A stretch of DNA of 28,164 nt, from contig CALSCO010000975.1 of the NCBI GenBank assembly GCA_943704415.1, positions 62,001 through 90,164 on the forward strand, written 5' to 3'. Positions 22,001 through 28,164 of this stretch are shown in pieces (the stretch's first letter is position 1; each line of letters opens with the position of its first letter). The translations under genes and the position numbers were made by a program. The stretch is from Parvularia atlantis (lineage: Eukaryota). The notes beneath the pieces were generated by a model, which was not told the origin of the DNA, ran no database searches, and was given only the letters and a program-made list of their open reading frames with translations.

Positions 22001-23351
22001 ATGCCGGCAGAGGTCGACGTCACCGAGCTGCTCGCTGCAGCCGACGCCGCCGACGCGGCTGCTGCGGCTGCTGCGGACGGTGCCGTGTGCCGCGCGCACC
22101 GACGCCGCAGGAGCCCGATCTGACGTGCACCGTGGCACGCAGATGCGTGGCGCGCGCTCGCGGAGCGGCAGGGCCTGGCGACGGCGCGCGATGCGATCGA
22201 CGACGCCGTGCCGCGCGTGCTCGCCGCTGTTGGGCCGATGTTTGCGGCGGCCGCGGCGCCGGACGAGCCTGCGTGGGCCCGACAGGCGGCACCGAGCGTA
22301 CCGCGCGCGATCGCGTTCCTGGCAGGGGCGGCCCGGCCGGCCGCGCTGCACGCCGCCTGGCCGCGGCTGTCGGCGATCGCGCTGCAGTTCCTCGACCACC
22401 ACCTGCCCGAGCACAAGGGCTGCGGGTGCCGCGTGCTGTCGGCGCTCGTGCGGCACGTCGACGCGCTCACGCTGCACTCTGCCGGGCTCCTGCTGCTGTA
22501 CCGCGACGTGCGTGCGCGTCCGTCGCCGTCCGTGATCGCGCTGACACGACGCCGTGCAGACGGCCGAGCGCGCGACGCTGCTGCAGGACCTGGCGCTGAC
22601 GCGCGCGGCCGTCGCGTGCGAGTCGGAGGCGATTGCTGCGCTGCTGCAAGCGAGCGAGCTGCTCAGGGCGCAGGCGCCGGCAAGGCCGCTGCGACTAGCG
22701 CGTGTGAGGCAGCCGCTGCAGCCGCCCGAGCACGAGACCGAGGCGGCGCAGCTCGCGGCGCACGCGCTGGCGCTGCGCATCGCCCTGCTCGAGCGGCTCG
22801 CACAGGCTGTGCCGACCGAGCAGCGGCTGGCGTGGCTGGAGGTGCGCCGACTGCACACGGGCTGCGCGTCTGACCATGCTTGCAGCTGCTGGCCGAGCTC
22901 ATCGGTGGCCAGGTCCGGCTGCTCAGCTGGGACTGCACGTGCCTGCTACTGGTGCGCGTGGTGCCCGCGTGCGTGCGTTGGCTGACCCGGCTGCAGACGC
23001 TGGTGCCCGCCCTGTGCGCGCTGCTCGAGTGCGGACACGCGCCCGCCTGCGCGTCGGCCGCAGACGCCCTTGCGCGGCTGTGCGAGACGTGCCCCGAGCG
23101 GTGCGTGCCACATTGTGCGTGCCGCAATGCTGACGCCGTGTCGCGGCAGGATGCCCGTGTACCGCGGACGCGTGCTCGCGTCGCTCGGAGCGGCGTGCTA
23201 CTCGATCGCGGCGGACGAGCCGGCTGCGGCGCAGGCGCTACGACGGCTGTTGGACGCGCTGCGGCGGTGCTGCGGCGCGCAGCACATGCAGGCCGACTGG
23301 GAAGCGCTGAGCGCGCTGGACGGCGTGCGGCGTGTTCTCTCTGTTGCCTGA
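22001..23351 (+). CDS. TTI2: HEAT/ARM-like helical protein, probable TTI2 (TTT complex)
   Basis: PAALHAAWPRLSAIALQFLDHHLPEHKGCGCRVLSALVRHV resembles the Tti2 L...DD....K..G...L..L motif. LCETCPER|MPVYRG resembles CWPR(I). About five GT-AG introns join the frames. Confidence 0.62.
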
Positions 23352-23367
23352 GCACCGACGAAGGTCG

Positions 23368-26157
23368 TCACAAATGCGCAACCCGCTCGCTCAGGCCGCG
23401 ACTGCGCAGGAAGGCGTCGGGCTTGGGGTCGCGGCCGAGGAAGCGCCGCAGCATCTCGCTCGCGTCCAGCGAGCCGCCGGGCTCGAGGATGTTGCGCCGG
23501 TACGACATGCCGACCTCGGCGCTGAGGATGCCCTCGTGGCGGAAGCGCGTCTCGAACATGTCCATGCTAAAGACCTCGCTCCACTGGCGGCGCGCGCCGC
23601 GTTCAGGCATCGGAATCGCGGCGGGTGCCCGCGCACCAGGTAGCCGTAGTATTGCGCGTCATAGCCGACCATGTGGCCAAAGGTGGCCGGCATGTTTGTG
23701 CCTGCGCGCGTCGCTGTCACGCACGACGCCGTCGTCATGATCGGCGTAACGCACCCTCGGTCGCGGGGATGCCCCAAATGGACTTGCACAGGTCGGCGTA
23801 AACCGCAGCCGTGTCGGCGCTCGCGCGCGTGTGGATGTGCTGGTCAAAAGTGGCGAAGAGGATCTGCCGGTGGGCGTGAGGCTGCGCACGGTCGCACGTC
23901 CGCACAAACGCGCACCTGCCGACGGTTGAGCAGCCCGGTGCCGGCGAAGCGCGAGCTCTGCAGGGGCTTGAGGATCTCGTCTGGCATGGGCTCCCTGGTC
24001 TCGTAGTGCTCGCTCATACGCTGGAGCGACTCGCGCTCCCAGACCCAGTTCTCGAGCATCTGCGACGGGGCTGAGAGACGCGCAGTTCAGCAGGAGGCAT
24101 GCGCACAACGGCGTGAGCACGCGCACCCTCGACAAAGTCGCGCTCGACGCGCGTCCCCGCAAAGTACGGCACGACGGCCTGCGCGCAGATCTGGTGCATG
24201 ACGTGCCTACGACAGAAAACGCGGTGTGTAAGTGCTGCGTTGCACACCCCCCAGCTGCGTCGCGCGCACCCAAACTCGTGGAACAGCGTCTCAACCTCGT
24301 CGTGCATGAGCAGCGCGGGCTTGCCGTCGACGCCGCGCGAGAAGTTGGCCACGCACGCGGCCACGGCCGCTTGGCGCTCGCCGCTGAGGCGCACGCAGCC
24401 GGGGCGCAGGCCGAAGCACGCCGCGTGCCCGTACTTGCCTGGCGCGCGCGCGCGCGCACATTCGGCTGCCGACACCAAGGCAGCAGCGCGCCCGGCGCAC
24501 CCTCGCGCGGGTGCAAGTCAAGGTAGAAGAAGCCCATGTGCGTGCCCGTGACCGCGTCGACGACCTCGTACAGCTCAACGTCCGGGTGCCAGATCTGCGC
24601 CGCGGCGAACCGTCCGAACGCGCACACGGCAGGGCAACACGGCGCGCACCAGCTCGTCCTGCTTCGGCTGGTGCTTGAAGATCAGTCCGAGCAGCTGCTG
24701 GTACATGTCGAGCATGCCGGCCATCACCTTGGGCAGCGGGAAGTACTCTTTGACCTTGTCCGAGACCTGCGGCCTTGCGCGTCTGCGATCCGCGTGTGCG
24801 CCGCACGCGCGCGCCCGCACCTGGTAGCGCGTCTTCTCAAACTTGTCAAGGTAGTAGCGGAAGTCCCACGCGTTGATGCGCCCGTCGTACGGCAGCACGA
24901 GCTCGGCGCACTCGGCGCGCTTGAGCTCGAGCAGCGCGTCCATCTCTGTGCGCGCTCACGTTTGCGCGAGGCCACAGCGGGGCGAGCGCACAGACCGTGC
25001 TGCACCAGCGGCGCGAGGCGGTCCGACAGGTCCTTCAGGAAGTGCTCGACGCGGTCGGGCGTGCCAGCCATGCGGATGGCGGTGATGTAGGCCGCGTGCG
25101 AAGGGTAGCCGAGCACGGCGGCCATCTGCGCGCGCTTCTGGATGAGCGTCTCGAGCATCGCCGTGTTGGTGTCCTTGCAGCTGCGGCAGCGGGCGGCGTC
25201 AGTCGGCGCGCGCACGGGCAGCGGGCACGGCCGCACCGCGCGTCGAACGCGGTCTGCAGCTTGCGCCGCACGTCCGGGTTCTTGACAAATTTCATCGCGG
25301 GGAACTGGCACAGCGAGAGCGCGTGGTGAGAGTCACACGCAGTGATGCGCACGGGCACGCACGTAGTCTGGGTACTTGAGTGAGACGCGGTGCTTGGCCT
25401 GACCGTCGGCGTCGTCCACCCTGGGCAGGCCGCTCAGCACGTCGGCGGGCAGGCCGTCGAGCTCGGCCGCGGTGAACAGGAAGCTGCGCGCGGTGCAAGA
25501 AGTGAGCACGCAGGCGTTGTGGTGTCGCCCGGCCCGTGCGCGCACGTCGTGTTCTCCTCGTTCAGGTTCTTGGAAAAGTCGAGGCCGAGCGAGGCGATCT
25601 GCTCCTGCAGCTGCTTGACCTGCGCGCGCTCGGTCTCGGGCAGGTGCAGGCCCAGGCGGCGGCGGTCGCGCAGCAGGCGGTCGAGGTAGCGCCGCCACTC
25701 GGGCCCGAGCGCCGGCTGGGCCTCGTCCAGCGCGACGAGCGCGTCAAAGACGTCCTTGCGCGTGGCCTTGTCGACGTCGTATGCGCGCAGGCGCTGCGTG
25801 GCGGCGTTGGCAGCGTCGCGCAGGGCCTTGTCGGGCGCGACGTCCTTGGGGAACTCGCACAGCGCGCGCTGCGAGTCGTGCGCGGCGTCCTCCTCGGCCA
25901 GCTCCTTGAGCGCGGCCTGCAAGACGGACGAGATGAACGGGGTGATGCCGCGCACGCAACGGGCGCGCGCACCAGCCCGCCGGCCGCCGCGCCGTGCGCC
26001 ACCCACCGGTCGAGGCGTGCGCGGCTGCGCGCCACCAGCTCGTGGCTCAGCGCCTCGATCTCCTGCGCGAGGGGCGCACGTCAGCCGCGGAGGCGCGGGT
26101 GCTGACGCGTCGCGTGTCACTGACCGCGGCCGTGCGCAGCCAGACCACGGCCGTCAT
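23368..26157 (-). CDS. M3A metallo-oligopeptidase (thimet oligopeptidase/neurolysin/Prd1 family)
   Basis: [55 protein letters not shown] (HEXXH), [49 protein letters not shown]. Confidence 0.96.
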
Positions 26158-26181
26158 TGCACTCGGAACATCACATTGCTT

Positions 26182-27511
26182 CTAACCCGCGCCGCCTCGT
26201 GGCGGCAGCGTAGCCTCTACAGCCTCGTGCATGTTCTCTAGAAAGTCACCCAGCCACAGCTCGACGTTGCTCTCGTCGCCGGCCGCGTCGACCTGCGCGC
26301 GCGTGAGCTGCCAGCGCGGTCGATCACAGGGCGCGCGCACCTTGGCCGTGAATTGGTGCATGCACTCTTTGATGGCCCGCAGCGTCGCCTCGGGCGGGTC
26401 GACCAGCTGCAGCACGTCGTCGACCAAATTGACCGTCTGCGCAGCGCGCCTGTGAGCGCCCGGGCCGGCACTGCGCAGCCGGACAAACCTCGTCCTCGTC
26501 AGCGTCGTGGTCGCCGTTTGCCTGTACGCGAAGGTGCGCCGGTCGCTGCGCGCGGAACTCTGGCGGCAGCGGCTTGTGCACGAGCTCCGTGCAGCGTCTC
26601 AACGCCTCGGCCGCGCGCTCCTCGTACTCTTCTGGCCGGCGCGCGAGCCTGCGTCGCCCGTTCAGACGCACGCGCCAAAGCACAGCCACAGCGGCCGCGC
26701 ACAGATACGCGGCCTCGTCGTTGGCGTAGCCGCTGTCGCTCGCGTCCGGCGCGAGCAGCGACTCTTTAATGTACTCCAGCACCTGCCACAGCTGGCACTT
26801 GCCGGGCTCCCAGCGCGGAAAGCGGCTATGCGCGCGCGGGCGTGCGAAGGTCAGCGGGCGCGACGGACCGGCACACGCAGGCGCACCGGTGCAGCTGCAT
26901 CCACCCGGCCTCGTCGACGAGCGGGTGGAACGGCGGGTAGACGAAGCGCACGCGCGGCATCGAGTTTGGGAAGGCGTCGTCGAGCAGGATGCGAAACCTG
27001 CGCCGTGCGACCTTGAGCCCTTGTGCAGGCGCGGCGTAGGCGCGCGGGCGCGCACCTGTAGATGCCGCCTCTCACCGGGAAGATTACGCCCTCCCACACG
27101 TGCCAGTCACCCAGGCGCGGCGTGACGTACATGCCGGCGGGCGCGTACGTTGCGAGCGCGCGCCTGCGGCCGCTGAGTTGGCGCCGATGTCGCACGCCGC
27201 ACGGCACGCACAGCTCCGCCATCTTGTACACGTCCGTGTACGCGTCGGCCACGCGCCGCAGCCTGCGCTCGTCGTCCGCGTCCACGCCCTGCGCCGATGC
27301 CGCCGCCCGGGCTGGTGACGGTGACGCGACGCGTCTGCGCACGGGTCGCATCAGCGCGGCGGTCGACGTGGCAGCGGCGTATCGCGGCCGACCGTGCGCG
27401 CTGCGGCGACGGCGAAGGCGACTGCTGCTGCACACTGCCCTCGGTCGGGCTCGGCGCGCCCAGGACCCAGCCAAACAGGCCCTTGACCGTGTACGCCGGC
27501 GCTGTGGACAT
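26182..27511 (-). CDS. AKTIP: Catalytically inactive E2 variant, AKTIP/FTS/crossbronx-like
   Basis: PAGMYVTP..WEGVIFPVRGGIYR|FRILL..FP..PRVRF..PFHPLVDEAGWMQL (no catalytic Cys), FPRWEPGKCQLWQVLEYIK, ANDEAA. This pattern is typical of FTS/AKTIP. Confidence 0.8.
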
Positions 27512-27565
27512 CCGACACGCGATCGATCGTCTGGGCGGAAGTTCCAGATTGCCTTGTCGTCACCC

Positions 27566-28164
27566 ATGTCGTCAGACGTCGCTGCGGCGCCAGGCACGCC
27601 GGGTTCGTCCGGCACGCTCAAGAAGAAGAAGTCGTCGGGCACGGCGGCCGCGGCGAGCACGGCGACGAGCACGACGACGGGCGCGGCGAGCACGGGCACC
27701 GGCCGCCGCGTCGACGCGCTGCTCGAGCGCATCGAGGCGCTGGAGGCCGCGCACGATCTGGCCGAGCGCCGGTCGCGGTTCCTGCTCAAGGTGCTCACCA
27801 ACTACTACCAGCTGCCGGCGGCCGGCGCAGCGGTCAGGTGCGCGCGCGCGCGCGCGCGGGAAGGAGGAGGAGGTGCGCACGCGGCCAACGGGACGCGCCA
27901 CCGTAGCTTCAAGAACATCGAGCCCGACGAGCTCGTGTTTGCGCTCGAATACCTCAAGGTCAACCGGGCCTGGTCCGAGGCCGAGTGCGTCGCGCGCATC
28001 GCACGCTCGGGCCGCATCTGACGACGACGATGACGATGCACGCACGCACAGCCTCAGCTACGTGCAGCTGCCGCTGCCCGCCGTCGCGGCCCTCGCCGAC
28101 ACGCTGCGCGGCACGGCGACGCTTGAGGACCTCGAGTGCGTCGCGACTGCGAGCGCCCCCCCCC
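27566..28164 (+). CDS. Protein with N-terminal coiled coil and ribonuclease-inhibitor-type leucine-rich repeats (5' part; runs off the window)
   Basis: VDALLERIEALEAAHDLAERR (coiled coil), then SFKNIEPDELVFALEYLKVNRAWSEAD|LSYVQLPLPAVAALADTLRGTATLEDL (26- and 28-residue RI-like units). Confidence 0.65.

Noticed and set aside
36..23351. Functional cluster of cell-cycle and TOR genes (RAD17, E2F, ANAPC13, DCN1, DEPDC5, TTI2)
   Set aside because: They are interspersed with unrelated housekeeping genes and the category is broad. Chance cannot be excluded without synteny or co-expression data.
27512..27568. ATG 27568 (-) as AKTIP start, overlapping the LRR gene ATG
   Set aside because: That frame reads through an evident intron and gives Arg-rich shadow-like sequence. 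ATG 27511 plus one GT-AG intron fits better, though neither start is proven.
131..28051. Recent introner (transposon-derived intron) family
   Set aside because: Introns share only splice signals and low-complexity GC alternation. No near-identical interiors or consistent target-site duplications were seen by eye. An all-versus-all alignment would settle it.
1..28164. Prokaryotic or viral system (operon, CRISPR array, defence island, mobile element)
   Set aside because: Genes are eukaryotic and carry spliceosomal introns. No repeat-spacer array, transposase, integrase or RNA gene was recognised.

Overview
A GC-rich, extremely compact, intron-dense eukaryotic (protist-like) nuclear region. The ORF track is misleading because genes are broken by many ~45-100 nt introns (donor GTGCGY, branch CTGAC/CTGAT/CTCAC, acceptor often GCGCAG, little polypyrimidine tract). 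Manual splicing gives 16 protein-coding genes: RAD17 (partial, +), a tandem-PAS protein (-), E2F (-), LEO1 (+), RYBP/YAF2-like (+), DEPDC5/Iml1 (-), ANAPC13 (+), DCN1-like (-), an eIF4E-family protein with polyQ (+), an MTA1c p1-like 6mA methyltransferase subunit (-), a Sel1-repeat protein (+), signal peptide peptidase (-), TTI2-like (+), M3A thimet oligopeptidase (-), AKTIP/FTS-like (-) and an RI-type LRR protein (partial, +). Main points of interest: two same-strand gene pairs joined by in-frame, stop-free spacers of exactly 24 nt (candidate bicistronic or readthrough units), head-to-head start codons only 26-54 nt apart, frequent GC-AG introns, a p1 subunit implying ApT 6mA methylation, and a non-canonical PRC1 subunit (RYBP) in a non-animal. 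Family assignments are from recalled motifs, not database searches. Exon boundaries are manual predictions and the organism was not identified.
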